Program-made: the position numbers and the translations under genes
Notes under the pieces: model-generated
Told to the model about the DNA's origin: nothing
What the model saw: the letters and a program-made list of their open reading frames with translations, nothing else
Database searches by the model: none
Shown here: piece after piece, positions 35,501 to 50,198 of the stretch
Position numbering within the stretch: the stretch's first letter is position 1
Layout: the number at the start of each line of letters is the position of its first letter
NCBI GenBank assembly: GCA_973851085.1
Contig: OZ316776.1
Coordinates: 1 to 64,000 of the forward strand
From: Ptychomitrium polyphyllum
Taxonomy: Eukaryota
Direction of reading: 5' to 3'
DNA: 64,000 nucleotides

Positions 35501-38500
35501 CACGGGACTATGACTCTTGTATTGAGACTATTGCTGCTCGGCTCTCTACTGTATTTGCATCCTTGAAGGTACAAATAGATAACCTTGCTTGTATGCCAGT
35601 GAATGAGTATGATTCTGTCAGTGCCCTGATTATTGAGGAGCTACTTTTGTTTTCCTTTCTTATGTATTTTGTCTTTCTTATTGTAGGAATTCCCTTATGT
35701 GCGATACCGTGCTCCTAGATCGGCCATGGATGCATCCACGACTGCAACAGCTCGTGATCTTGTACCTACAAAGGTGGCAGCAGTACTGTGGGATAAGCTG
35801 ATGAAGTACAAAGCATCCATACTCAACTTTCCACAATCAGAGACCTGCGACCTTCTCATCGTGGATAGGTCAATCGACCCTGTAAGTGTTTCTTTCACAA
35901 ATCAAGGTGGTTAGATTACATACTTTGGCTTTGGTTTCCTAGGACAGTCAGCCCTTCTCCATTTTCCTTAGTGGGTCAGTTTCTTGCAACTTAGGGTTTC
36001 GATTTTCGGGTTCTTTCCAGCAGCAGATTCTCTTTAGTTATACAAACTTTTGCAACTAGTTACCGAGAAGATTTGATTCGACAAGATGAAGAGTTTCATG
36101 AGAGAGATCATTGCAGGTGGCTGCAGTAATTCATGAGTGGTCGTATGATGCAATGTGCCATGATCTCTTGAACTTGGAAGGCAACAAGTTTTCTTATGAG
36201 GTATGAAACTTTTGTTTTTCAGTTGATGAGGCATATACTATGGGACAATTGAATAGGCAAATCAGTGTTTTGGCAATTTTGGCTTTTGTGAGAGTCGTTT
36301 GTTTGCGGCGTCGCTGTTTGAGGGTTTTTGTTCACTTCAGTGAAGAGAAGTCGGAGGTACGTGGTTGTTTTGATGTTCCTATTGCGAATTTGCAGATATT
36401 GAATGGGAGCAGAAAGGAACGCAAAGAGGTGCTACTAGAGGAGCACGATCCCATTTGGGTGGAACTACGTGATCTTTTCATAGCTGATGTGCGTAAACCC
36501 TAAACCCTAAAATCTGCGTAATTTCAGATTCTCTGATCTTTTCTAGTAGTTTGTGATTTTCAATTTTTGCTGAAATACCCGGATCGGCTATAACCTGTGT
36601 GTCAATGCTCAAACAGGTATTGACACGCCTCCCGGCAAAAATGGCAACGTTTACAAATAAAAACAAAGCTGCTCAACTGCAACTGGGTGCAAGGTACAGT
36701 GCGTGTCATTTGTGTAGTTGCCTTGAATGGTGTGAAAGAGGATGGGCCTGGTTATTTCACAGCGTGGTCACTGTTTGGTGACAAAATTTCAGACCAGGAA
36801 TATCTGTTTTGCACTTGAATGACGCACTTCAAAGGCGGTAGATGATTCAGTTTTTATCTGTTACTTTTCTTGTCATTGACTTAATAACAGCCCTCAACTT
36901 GCAACAGAGAGGGTCAAGAGTTGTCTACGAGGGACATGCAGAAGTTGGTGCAGGCACTACCCCAATATCGGGACCAGATTGAAAAGCTCAGTCTTCATAT
37001 TCATGTAACCCAAGGCCCTAAACCTTGAATTAAGAGTCTGAGTCCTGACAACTAGCTGCTGGAGTATGGTTTTCCAGTGTGGTCCTAGCAGGATCAAAAT
37101 AGCGTAGTTGCGTGTGATTGTTTGCAGGATTCGTATGTTGTCTCAACTGCATACTTAATTGGACTTAAGTTCTGTTGGCTGTAGATTGCTACTGTGCTTA
37201 ATAACAGGATTAACCAAGATGGGTTAATGGACATTGGTAACCTGGAGCAAGAATTTGTCTACGGCGATGCAACCACTAAGGAACTCATCGGCATACTCAA
37301 TACTAATTCGGTGCGCATATTCCCTAGACCCATCCATCCTTGCAATAGATCTTGTTGGTAACTCTAGCAACTGCTATACGGTGTCAACGGTATGATTACT
37401 CTTCTTGGCAGGTTATATACATTAAGTATACTGAGATTATGCTACTGTGGGTGTATAGTTTACTTAGTCTAAGACTTTATTGTGAACTTCGTGAAGTGGC
37501 CATGTTATTCATGGGACGGACATGGGGTGAACGCAGGAAATAAGTGCAGAATGCAAGCTGCGCCTCCTGATGATATATGCTGCTACGCATCCAGATAAGC
37601 TAGACGCGTCAAAGCGCCTTAGCTGGCAGAAGGTCGCATATGGTCATGCCACCCTATTATTTTTTGTTGCACAGCATTTTGTAGGGACTGATATTGTCTG
37701 AGCTTTCCTTACCTTTTGTCAGTATTTTCTTGTCGTTGTCATCAATGCGCAATTGTGAAACTTTACTGATGGTTTCGTTTTAGTTGCGTCATTCAGCTGG
37801 CTAAGTTATCTGATGAGGAAATGAGCGCTGTAAATAATTTGGAGTACTTGGGCGTTCAAGCCCCGAAGAAACAAACATCCTCTGGAGTTGAAAAGTTTGC
37901 TTTGAAGTTTGGAGCTCGAAAGGTGAAGCATGATACATCCTCTATAGTGCTTGGTGGACCTGACCAGTGGCTTAGGTAGTTTCTTTTCTTACGGAATGTT
38001 GTGTATTATCATGTTATTGCAGGCTAAACGACCTGCAAGGAAAGCTAAAGAGATGGATGAAGATGGTTATCAGCTTTCTAGGTTCTATCCATTACTACAG
38101 GTATACCTGCAATGAACTCAGGCTATGGTTTCGTATAGGAGTCAAGACATGGAGTAAGGTTGTGCTTCATGCTTCCTGCATTGCGAACAAGAGTAATGTG
38201 ATGTCGCGTTTGTAGAACTGTTTTCTCATTTAATGGACAATCGTTCATTTTCCTTCTATTTCAGGATGTGGTGGAGGAGATCGATAAGGGGACCCTTTCT
38301 AGGGAGGAATATCCTTTTGTTAAGGAACCTGGAGGTACTGGTAGTAGCTACCAGTCTTCCTCTTCTCAAACTGGGACGCGGCCACCTGTGAATCCCAACT
38401 CCAAACCTGTACAGTCCAGACGTACCGTTGGCGTTGGCAGAACTGGAGGTAGCACTTGGGCATCGAAGGGGAGAGCATCGTCTGACGATGGATACTCAAG

Positions 38501-39150
38501 GTTTGCGCTTCCACTCAAGTTTGTACTGGAACATTTTGTTTCGTTTAGCAGAAGCAAGTAATAATTTCGATTTCTTCTCGCTAATGATGATTCTGTTCTC
38601 AGTCTTTGCTATTTGTCGTGTGTGACCTTAGTGACTCGGTGTTGAGACATGCCGTCAGTGACCCCAAAATCAACGGGAAGCGCATATTTGTGTTTATTAT
38701 AGGAGGCATGACACGATCTGAGGTGAGCACTCGATGACCATTGCTCTAATTGGACAGCTGAATCACATTTTTGTTCATGTAAATTGCGCTGCCTTTGAGA
38801 TATTTAAAACTTACTGTTGGGCTTGATCTGCAGTTACGAGTAGCGCATAAGCTGACCCCACAACTGAGACGAGAGGTTGTAGTCGGTTCCACAAATATCG
38901 GTGATCCACATCAGTTCATCCAGGTACCTCCTGCTTCCATCATGGCTTGTAGAGTTTGCGATTAGGATTTTTTGACTTGCATGTGCTGAATAGTTAGACC
39001 TTTTCGTCAGATACCTCCTCCAGGGGTGTGTTTTCAATCGAGCTTGTGTTATATCTTCCAGATGTCCTCCACATATTGGCTCTCACACGTAAATCGTTTT
39101 TGCTGCAGAAAATTAAGAACTTGAGCAAATTAGATATAGATGACTTTTAA
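32587..39150 (+). CDS. KEULE: Sec1/Munc18-family SNARE-interacting protein, KEULE-like (multi-exon)
   Basis: Exon 1 (32587-32665) reads [26 protein letters not shown]. Later exons read [19 protein letters not shown] / [27 protein letters not shown] / [12 protein letters not shown] / [11 protein letters not shown] / LLIVDRSID / [15 protein letters not shown]. Introns are GT-AG and the stop TAA is at 39148-39150. Confidence 0.93.
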
Positions 39151-40976
39151 TGTGGAAGGAGGTAAAGCTAGCAGGTGATGCAAGAAATCAGAAGTAGATT
39201 TGTCAGACTGTAGCTTGCCCTGGGGTAGTTCCTGTAGGCATGTTACTATTTTTGAGGACTGTTGTGAAACGATCCCAGTCCGATCCCTCAAATTTTAATT
39301 GATGTGTACAAAATGTGCCTTGTTAGGTGTGATCATTGGGATGCTTGTGACTTTGCTGTCTTGAAGTGTATTTTGGTTCCCCATCACTTGGACATGGGTC
39401 TGCACGCACTCTGGAGCAAAGTTTGTTACGATTTGCCTTAAGTTAGAACTGTAAATATTTGTTCCCTAATTGCTTAAGCAAATTTAATGATTTTAATATG
39501 TTCGGTTCTGCATTCCTTTTATAAGTCCTAAACCCTGTAACACCATCAAGGTCGGCCTACATATGAGAATTTGAATCCTGCGCTAAGACCTTACACGACT
39601 ATTACCACAAGGACGGGCTCAAATTTTGTGAAAATGATTGCACTTATAAATATCACCTTATCATTTCATTAAATAAACTCATCAACATCAAGCCCCGGAA
39701 GTCAAGGAGAAGGTAAATAGATCATGTTAATTAGTAAGGGAACATTTTCAGTGTAGAGTGAGGTCACAAAAACAGCACAAGGAAGCAAACTTTCGACAGG
39801 TGTGATTCAGCAAACTGACTGGTTGATGTACGTGTCATCACTATTGAGTGGATCATTGCAGTATTAAATATTAAAAATCTAAATGTCAAATGATTTAAGT
39901 GGATCAAGGTATTGAGTTAGTTATTATGCTACTAGAAGTTGGTCAAAAGTCCAAATGAAAATGTGTTAATTAGCACGGATTTAGGGTTCAGGTTTATTGC
40001 AGTTCATAAGAAGTGTTTTCCTCTTTTTAAAATCTAAATTTAATCTTGGATGCAAAGGTGAAGCATTACAAGTTTGCAAACCAATGACTAAAACTTATTC
40101 TATTTAAAGATAAAATGAATTACATATTAATAAATTCATATAGTTGTATCTTCTAGTTCAAACTACTTGAATTTTAGAAGACTTTTATCTTCAAATATAT
40201 TATAAAAACATATTACCTACAAGAAATAATCTTTAACCAAAAAATGGAACAATCAGCGACCAGGTTTGGAGTTTAGGGCTTATGATAAGTTGAATAATAC
40301 AATTCCAAATCTGTTACCGTAAATGTGCCAACGAACTGAAATCGAACTTGCTATCATATGTACCAGTATGCTAGATGGGTGTCACAATTGTCATGATTGC
40401 AGGGCATATGGCTGGAATTGAGAATTAAATCTCCTGCGCATCATGGCATGCAACATGCAACATATTTCCGAAACATAATTTGCTGCATATTACGAAACTC
40501 AGAAGGGATTATGGGCACAGGATAAGATCAATATGGGATAAACAACAATATTCTGTGTATCCCATGCGAGGGCTTTGAAAAATTTGACAAACAATGGGCA
40601 CAGCATTATGGATTGATGCGTCTGCGGACAAGGCACACCAAATAAAATGCTGAGGAGGGATAAGAACGGGAACTTGAACAAATGTAGGGATGAATGGATT
40701 ACAAGTCAAACCTAAGTGACATGATCTTTTGGTCCGCTGTATGTACAGACTCGCTCGGTCGCCCTGCACTATTATCGTGGAGAGTGATAGTGTAGCAATG
40801 TGCCCGGATGTAAAAGCCTGGCTGGAAACAGATTAGGTGGTGTTGCATCCCACGAACCAAGCAGAATAAGAGCCCCGCTGGCAATACCACGCGGTAACGG
40901 TGGTAGATTGAAGAAGCGCATCACGCATGACATCTGCCGGCTTCAACGCTGGTTAGAGAATTCAGCAGGAGCTCGT

Positions 40977-43900
40977 CTAGATGCTTGGAAGAATGCACTT
41001 GTAGTCCTGTTTCGGATGGGCCTCCAGGGCCAGCAGCAGCGCAGTCTCAGCGCCGAGACCCTGCCGGAAGAGAGCGTCATAGATCACACCCACAAACGCA
41101 GCTAAGTCTTTCTCTTCCATCTCTTGCCGTTCAACGCGCTTCAGCTCCGTCCTCTCGAAATCGCTGTCCTCCCAATCACTTTCCGGGCTGCTGCTCTCAT
41201 CAGTGTCACCTTCCTCGTCTTCGTCCCCAATCACGAAACTCGACTTCTCTGTAGGGCGTCGACCAACTGGTGTCAGAACATCCCCACCTTTAGAGGCCTG
41301 TATGTCTGTCTCCACTGCCGATACAATTACTGCTTTTGCTCCTGCGTCCAAGAACGCCTTCACCACTGTTGCTGGCGGCCCCTGCTTCCCCGTACAAAGC
41401 ACTAGCCGATCTCGCCAAGCTCCTACCTGTCAACGAGACCTACACGTCAGTGCCGATGAATATAAATAAAAGAATTGCTCACCACTTCATGAAACAAGGT
41501 GCAGCAGTATAAGGAGTTAGCACTCTCTACTCACCATCCAGCGCAAATCATCGGGGGTCAGGTGAACAGACGCAAGGGTTCTACGGAACATGTAGGCGCC
41601 CACCTCCTGACCATCTGCCAAGACCTGCGAAGAATCTCTTGCTGCATTATAATCTAAGGCTCTAGTGCCAATAGGTTCCATTTGACAGCACTTGCACGTG
41701 CACACACGCGTGTACGAAAAATCAAAGCCAAGTCCATGAAAGCACAAAGGAACTCGCCATACAGAGCTAGCTGATCAGGTTTGCTCTTAAAATTAAATCA
41801 CCATGCTCAATAGCGTATAATAATGTGCAACAATTCACTTATTGAAGGATAAATGCGTCAGGCAGACTAACCTGAGTATGACGCCCCATGAAGCGATAAA
41901 GGGTTCCACCCATGCTAAACCTTGGAAACCCAGCGACAAGATCAGCAAGATTTGAGAGTTGCGGAAGCACCACCCTTGTCTTGCTCGTTGATCCTAACCG
42001 CATACTACTTACGACATTCTGCAGAAATTCTGATGCTTCATCTCCTGGTTCTGCTACTGCCAACAAGTCACTCCGCCAGCTGCGAGGACCATTGATGTTC
42101 AGACACAATCAGAAAAAAACTTCCAGGTAATGTCATGATTGTCTACAGGAGATGAAGGTCTTGACTAACAAAAATGACCTATCAGTCTATCATCCCCATT
42201 ACAAAATGTGAAGTTCCAAAATTTAAGAAGAAAACACTTCACACGGCAGAATATGAAGCACAACTACACGTTCTTCCACATTGAAACAATGTATTAAAGG
42301 CCAAACAAGGGGAGGGATAGGACTCGCCTCAGAATCATGCCATTTACATCACTGTGAAGTGCAAGATGAACAACGCCCACTTGAGGAGAGCCATGCAGCC
42401 TTTCTTGCAGAGCCATGACCGGTGGGGCAAGTTGACGAGGGCCTAAAGGTGGTGACCATGGGGGTGAGTGGGCGCCTTTCATTAAGCCAGGCTCGAGACT
42501 AAGGGGTGGCATTCCATCGTAATGTTTGAAGGATTGTAGTCCAGACTCTGAACTGTACAGCCCAGGACTTCTTGGACCAAGCAATGGTGATGCAAATGGT
42601 GAATTGAAGGTTTGGGGTACAGGAATCGCTGGGGGTAGATTCTCATAACTGAAGAACTCTAACTTTAGACCATGGCGTGCACAGAAGGCCTCTACTAGGC
42701 GGGTGTGTCGCCATGGCTTGACAAGTTCAGGGCTACGACACCCTTCAACAAGTAGAACTCGTCGCCTCCATCCAATTCCTGCGATTACCGACTCATCTTC
42801 TGCCAGCACACGGAGAAGCTTGTGAGATCCAAGGCGCACAAGAACAGTTACGCAGGTCAAATGTCTATAAAAAGAACTTGCTATTATATTCTCTCCAGAA
42901 TTTTTGTTGAGGAGATGGGAAAGCCCGGAGTGTCCCATTTTGAAGCGTATAAAGGAGGCAAACCACGGAGACTTCCAATTGTAGTGCTTAAGAGCGACCA
43001 GGTTATTCAACGGAACATCCAGCACGATTTTAGAGAAAATTTCACGAGAGCTCTCCAGGGTAAACAGAACACGTAGGAAGATGCTAGTAATTGATGAGTA
43101 CCGAGTGTGGTTTTCTGCGGGGTTAAGGGTTTCACTCTTATGGCGTCGGATTCAACACTTGGTAAATTTTCGGTCTAAAAGGCAAATACCTTTGCCAAGT
43201 TGTGAGCGACCAGGACCTCCCCGTGAAGCGCGAGTTTTGTCAAGCCAGAGCCCGTCTCCTTGTGAAAGTGGTGCAAGAGCATTACAAGCAGCCTGAAATA
43301 CGGCAGCATTTGCATCCACGTATCCTTGAGTGGCTGTTTCCAACTTTGACCATACGGTCGGATCCGTCTCATCCAGCTCCATATCACACTTTTCGTCAAC
43401 TGCGTACAACAACAATGTTATTTGAGCAATAGTCGTGCATAGGTTGACATGTACCAGGTTTATGTCAACAATTTAAAAAGACTGCATGTCATGTAATAGG
43501 TGTCCACTGACAACATATGCTGGTTCAGACTGAGGCGGCAGTTCCTGCGCTAGCAGAAACATTGTTCATGTAAATTTCTCTAGCATTCATAGAAGGGGCT
43601 TACAATCACCCACAAAATAAGAGGTCTTTCTACACTAAGCGTACTCAGTTACCCAGAGATGCAGCCCCTACTCAAATCACCTTTCGTACCCAGGTAACCA
43701 CTTCCAGATACTTCAAGGTTCATCTATACTTCAACTATGAAACCTTTGCAATATAACAACCAATACAACTCTCAATCCCAAGAAAATCAATAAACGCATT
43801 ATTTTGAAGGATAAAGTAGCTTAAGAGGTTCCTGTTGTCTTACTCGGATTGAAGCGGTAATACTGCAGGTTTGGAAGCAGGGGTAGAAGAGTGTCCAAAG

Positions 43901-46900
43901 CCTCTTCCACCCGCTCTACAGAGCAGGCACTCTCAATCAGTACCTGACCAGTGTCCAAATAGCGCCATCCTCCTTTCCCACGTGCCTACAATGACCGCAA
44001 ATAAAGATTACTAATCATTACGTCAAAGCTGAGGAACCTGGGAAGAGTTACATAATACTAAAATTGCAATACTCTGATTGATATTGAGGTTTGGCATCGG
44101 TTCAAGAGCTATAGCTGGCGTCCAAAAACGGCAGCGCATAGAAGCTGCAAAAATATCTGGATGAACACAATCTTAAAAGCGAATGACTTTCCAGTACACG
44201 GTAAAGGTGCCTTCATGAAATAAATAATAAATAATCGGGATGCTGACATGATCTCAGAAACACGAAAGCGGAGTCGATGCAGTGCACATACCTTGATAGG
44301 CACGTTACCGCACCCTATAGAGACAAGGCAATCAATTTGGGTATCTGGCCATATGAGCTGTGCTTCACGAATGGCTATAATGGTTGGGTTATTGGCGACA
44401 ATTGCCCCGTCCTGCCACCGATTGGACTCTGCGAACGTACGGAATGGTGATGCTGAAAACTACTTACCCCAGATTCTAGAACACTTCTAAAAAATTAACA
44501 AGTAAAAAGCTGCTGTTATGCGAAAAATGATACCTTGTGAAAAGTCATCAAGATAATAGGGAGCTGCAGACGACGCACGAATGGCTTCCCATATTTGGTG
44601 CTTACAGCTGCCTATGAAAGCACTTCTTCGTGGTCCTACTTGTGTGATTAATGGAGTGGCTGTGGCGGGCGTGCCAGAAACTGACGCCGCCGGTCCATCG
44701 TTAGTCCACGGTGCTGTCTCAGGTGTTCCTGGAGGATACTACATCCACAGAAAAATTTATCATTAAACCTCGCTCTTTAATGGCAAACATCACGACGCTA
44801 AAAACAAGAAAAGCCACAGGAAACAACGTCAAACAAGCTACATTTCTTATATACGTATAAGAAGAGAAGTTCATAGATGGTATAACATGCAGTAAAATCA
44901 CGTACCTGGTAGTTGCGGAACACAAACGGCTGTACAGGAGTAACACTAACAAGAGCAGAAACGACAAAAACTTTTGGGACTCCCTTCACTGCAGACTCAA
45001 TCAGCAGATCCCCCTCCTCATCTGCGCACATCTCTTTCAGCAAACGCTCAAACTGCTCCGCATTGTGCTGGTTATAAAATCCCACAACAAGGCTCAATTA
45101 ATACCTCCCTGGATGTTGTTTTGGATGTTAAAGAGCCCTGGATGTCAATATCAAAAGCAGAGCACCAGAGAAACCAAACGAAACTAGTTAAAAAAACAAC
45201 AGTCGTCAAGATAATGCGAAAAAGAAAACAAAAAGAGTACAAAGATATGATGGAGAAAGCAATTTGCCCTTGACCAAGCTGGGTGATATGAACTCGGCTA
45301 CCTTTGAGCCATGAACCACAACTCGAAAATTTTGTGACGAACTTTTGTAGACCTGGTCGATCTTTTCGCGCCATGTGGCCGCTTCGTTGTCTTTTGGAAT
45401 TGGTTCGGCAAACACCAACTTTCCTGCATCCATCATAAAATCTGTTAGCATGGCTGACGTCGCGTAGTTCATCACAGGGCTGTAAGGCATGAACCTAACC
45501 AACAGATAGATAAAATGTAAATGGTAGAATTATAGCTAGTGTGAAGTGCTCTCGCTCGCAAACATTGTTAAGAAAATGTTGAACATCATAATCAATAATT
45601 AATTGGAAGGTAAACAAAGAACAGACAGACTGCAGAGTATCATAGAACAATAAGTTCACTCACCTAGTGACTTGTATATATCTTCACACTGATCAAGGTC
45701 CATAAGCTTGATACCTAAAGCCACAGCAAGCATGCCACCGGTAGATGTCCCACAGATAAGATCAAACATCTCATGAATACGTCGACCTGTTCCCCGCTCA
45801 ATGTTTCTCAGCATCTGTACAGTTGCCATTCCCCTCATGCCCCCACCGTCCATAGATAATATTCGCAACCCTCGTTTGGAGACTGGCCGACCACGTACTG
45901 CCCTCCGCAGATATTCGTTTTCACCTGAATACAAATCGGAAGAAAAACATTGACGTAAGCACTCACAAGCATTCTTTGGCATACCGTCAGGGCTAAATGA
46001 CAAAATTCGATCTGCAAAGAACAGCAATAGGTCCATCACACATTTGATGATATAAATCTGAACAGGACATTAGAAAGAAGGTATCTCCGCACTCTCAACA
46101 ACTGCACAGCAACCGAGGAGCCTAGTGAGGGTAAATGAGGATGAAATCTATGATAATTGTCTACAGATAATTGTAAGTTTCGCACCTAGAATAGCCAATG
46201 CTCGGGCAGCAGCTTTACAGGCTGTTGAATTGGTACCAGTAGCTTGACGTAACAGAAGATCCCTCAAAGTTTCAGATGCAACTAAGGTGCGTCTGTTTTC
46301 CCAGCAAAATGCTAGATTGCCTACAGTCAGTAGAGCATGTCGCTGCACCTGCATGTCCATTGCACTCTACAAGGATCACTAATCATAGTTGATGGCTACA
46401 ATAAGGGTAGTATCAACGTGTTGTAGACCAAATATTGTGTAAGCTTGGTAAGGGATATTTTTCCGACCACATATACTGATATCTTTTGGATGACTAATTG
46501 AACAATGGAATCCATCACGCCAGATGTTAAAAACTACATCATCTCAAGTGGATACGAACTAACCTCGGTACTTCGATGGACACACAATATTTTAAGCCGC
46601 TTGAGTATCTCCTTTGTAAGAACGCGAGTTGCCACAGCGTCAGACGTAAAGGCCAAGTTCATTAGGACCTGCAAAACAGAAATAAGCAGTTCCTCTTCAC
46701 TGCTAGTGTTTCGTAATACCATCTCAATAGCTTGCACCAAATCAGCTCGCATCAAGCGTACTCCAACTGCTCCATCTACGGCCAGAGATGCCAATGCTAT
46801 GCACGCTTGGTCCACCTTCACCATGCAAAGACATCAGAAGATGCTTAGCACACCATCAGGATGCAGACTGCAATAAAGCGATAAGCCTTCACTAAATCAC

Positions 46901-49133
46901 AACAGTAGCGCCTGTGCAATATTATAATGACACTCATTAACTGATATTTAGGTTAAGTATAACCAACCACGTGAGGATTGTCACTAAGCATCATGCTAAG
47001 AAGTTGACGAAGAGCGCCCTCGTCTTTCCCAATGACAGACCGATTACTGTCATCTTGTGCCATCTTCGCCAATGCAGACGCCAGCAACGGGTGTTGGCAC
47101 GATGAGAATCGAAATATCAGTGCAAAGAACACACTCAGTTTGTGTTTCGAGGCAACAAAATAGGAAGCTGTTTCTGCCTGCAGCAAGATAGAAAAGAGTC
47201 ATTAAATTGTTTTTCGAGTAATTTACATCAAACTTCTAAAAGGACAGATGCAACCCTCACTACAAAACAACATTCTTCTAATGTAGGTCATTCTCGCTAA
47301 ATGGTTTGCTTTCGTGCCTCTGGGGAAAGCAGGCAGGACATATCCTGTTTGTTTTCTTCTATCTTCATGCCCTCTTCAGATTTGACACTTACAACTACAC
47401 ACAGGGGTAAACGACACGTATTTTCGCACTTATAACCCACCCCCAACCCTTCAAAATTCTAGTAATGACACCAGTAGAACTTGAGAAAACGACACAATAT
47501 CGGCTAGATTCAATCTTAAAACTTCACTCCTTTCAACTCGGCAGTATAATTTCCTCTAAGCTTGAAGACGAAGCTGTAAAACCATACCTCAATGTCCACC
47601 TTGATGGTAGAAAGAGCTTGATCACCCTCAATGCGGACATTGGCTAGCGACAAATGACGCAAGTTCGTGCACGGAATTATTTCTGGCAAAAACTCCAGAG
47701 GGTTGCCAAAAAGCCGTAATATACGTAACTTGGACATGGCCCTGATAATACAGCCACCAAATTAGACTCTCCATCAGAATCAATGCTGTCCAGATATCAT
47801 AAATGAAGCTCCACAAACGTTGGATTATCTGTTCATCATACACTTAGTCCTTGTTCTCCATTAAAATCCTAATGCTCGTGGCCAAGATGCTAAGAGAAAA
47901 GTATGCTTTGTAGGCGATGATTATAAAGTTATGTTCATTCCTACCTGAAATCTAACAAAGGGCGCACCAGCTTGTTATGCTCTAGTGAAAGCTCCACCAA
48001 CTCGATGCACTGCCGAAGTTCGGCTGCAACACATTGTCATATGAGATAGGGATCCAGACAATCTATCACTTAAAGAGTGAAATTTGACATCAAATCTACT
48101 ATAAAGAGGAAGGTCAGGGGAATGCAGAACACCTGGAACAGACACAAGTGCATTATGGTCACACTGAAGCACTTGAAGCCGCGTGAGCTGACCAACTTCT
48201 GAAGGCAAGAGTGTAATCTTGTTGTTATCTAGATATAGTTTCTCCAGCAAAGGTAACTTCATTAACTCAGAAGGTACGGCCTGCATGTTCATAACCACAA
48301 TATCTTGAGCAACATGCTTGCAGTCACCGTGTATATTCCAATTTTGAGCAACTTCAATCTCGCAAGTACTAAGTCGAACTAGAATGCAAGTGAATTTTGA
48401 AATTTCAGTCCGTGATGAATCAGAAATGCAACTGCAATTAAATGTAAAATTCAATGTCTTAAGAAGCGCATAAGAAACAAGTCAAATGACACAACACATG
48501 TTCGAAAAATGATTTACTTTTTCAAACAATGCGACGAGGAGAAAAGGTATAGTGGAGGCTTACAGTAAGGAAGCAATTGGAAAGATTAAGAATCGAAATG
48601 GAGCGATAATTCTGACTATAGCCTAATAGCTCCTCAGAAACGGTCGTTTTAGAAAGCTGCTCAACGGATGCGGGTACAAGCACCCGAGTCAATACACCCA
48701 GTCCATCTACTGATGGTCCTGAGCCCACTGTCCTCGACAACGACACCACTCGAAGAAGCTCCCGCCGTTTATGTACCTCCATTATGACGTGAATCGTTCT
48801 CTCCCTATCATTTTCGAGCTGATTTTCCAATTTCTCATATGTTGGTGGTGCGACTGCAAGAGAGACCAGGACTTCATCCTGCGGGGCTGGTAATGTCACC
48901 ATAATCTGGGACTGCAGCTTCAGAACTACTTGATCTTCATCGTCGCCGGCCGACCAATCGAGCTGAACCCGAAATCTGCAGGAAGAGAGGAGATCGCTCC
49001 CGATGTCGGACTTCAAAGGCTGCCCATTTTTCAGTAACTCCAACTCCAAATTGGGAAAATGCACCTGATCGCCGTAGCCGAGAGTCAGGTGGAACGCATC
49101 CACCTGCCTCTTCCAGCCTGTGACCCAAGACAT
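40977..49133 (-). CDS. PLA1: Phospholipase A I-type protein (LRR + ARM + patatin domain), multi-exon
   Basis: N-terminus MSWVTGWKR...FHLTL.YG; LRR exons (LEKLYLDNNKITLLP); ARM repeats; patatin motifs DGGGMRG, GTSTG and DGAIVANNP; C-terminus YDALFRQG...ALEAHP. The architecture matches Arabidopsis PLA-I. Confidence 0.93.
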
Positions 49134-50166
49134 GATGCAAATTTCCCTGCAATTGGACTACATCCAGATATGAAAGTTTGACCACTGACGATGGCCTCAA
49201 TTTCACAATTCGAATTCGCTCGTGCTCTTCAATTGAATTAAAACATCGAGAAGGTTACGACTCTCCAACCTCAGGAGCCCACCGTGCACATCCTTCGCTG
49301 CCTGCTAAACTGCATAAAACCACGAGGGAGCTCAATACATAATTGATAAATTGCTCCACATGCTTGCAATTCTACCATCTATGCAATCACCCTATGGCTC
49401 CTTCTGCAAGAACGCCTCACAATTGGAAGATCAAGTCCTTATCCCAGATACAAGTCGCTCCAGGTTTCAGCTTGGACAAGAGGCTTCCAAAACCTAAACC
49501 ATCAAAACGCTCCCAAAAAGTGTGCAATTCGCGAACTGCATGAGGCACCTCATCTACGTGGTGATTCTTTCACTCCGGATCTGTGCGGCATTACGCTACA
49601 AGAACGAACAGGCCTCAGGCTCCGAGAGATCTGACAACCCACCCACACAATTGTCAGAGCGCCTACTGCAAGAGGTGAATTCCCGAATCGCACCTGCTAG
49701 ATTGCGAAACCCCAGATTATGATACTTGGACCATGAAGTGGCCAATCTCACCGCCAGCCTCTAAACTTGAACCACTCGCACCACCACGACGACGTCCAAC
49801 CGCCCGCTGGAAAAAGCCACGGCGGCCGCACAGCGTCGAGCAGACTGGGGCATTGGGTTTGAGGATATTCCTGATTACAACGTCTAATCCAACTTTGAAG
49901 GTCATTACCATACACTCTATCAGCATTGCCGCTCGTGTCAGAGGCTACAGAAATACAAGAGATCAACATCGGGGCAGGGCGCAAACTGACCCCATAAAAT
50001 TTGTGGGACCTGAAAGAATGGAGACTGGCTGGCATCATCATCGCGAGCAATCGCACCTCAGAATAATCCCAAAAATGAACACAGAAGTGAGGAGATCAAT
50101 GCCACATCCAGAGGAAGCCATTCTCAAAGAAGCTGAAGCGACACAATCTAAAAGAAGGGGAAAACA

Positions 50167-50198
50167 GTGAGTCTGAGTCTGAGTCTGAGCCTGAGCCT
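50167..50198. repeat. (TGAGTC/TGAGCC)n hexamer microsatellite in the PLA-I 5' region
   Basis: GTGAGTCTGAGTCTGAGTCTGAGCCTGAGCCTG. Confidence 0.8.
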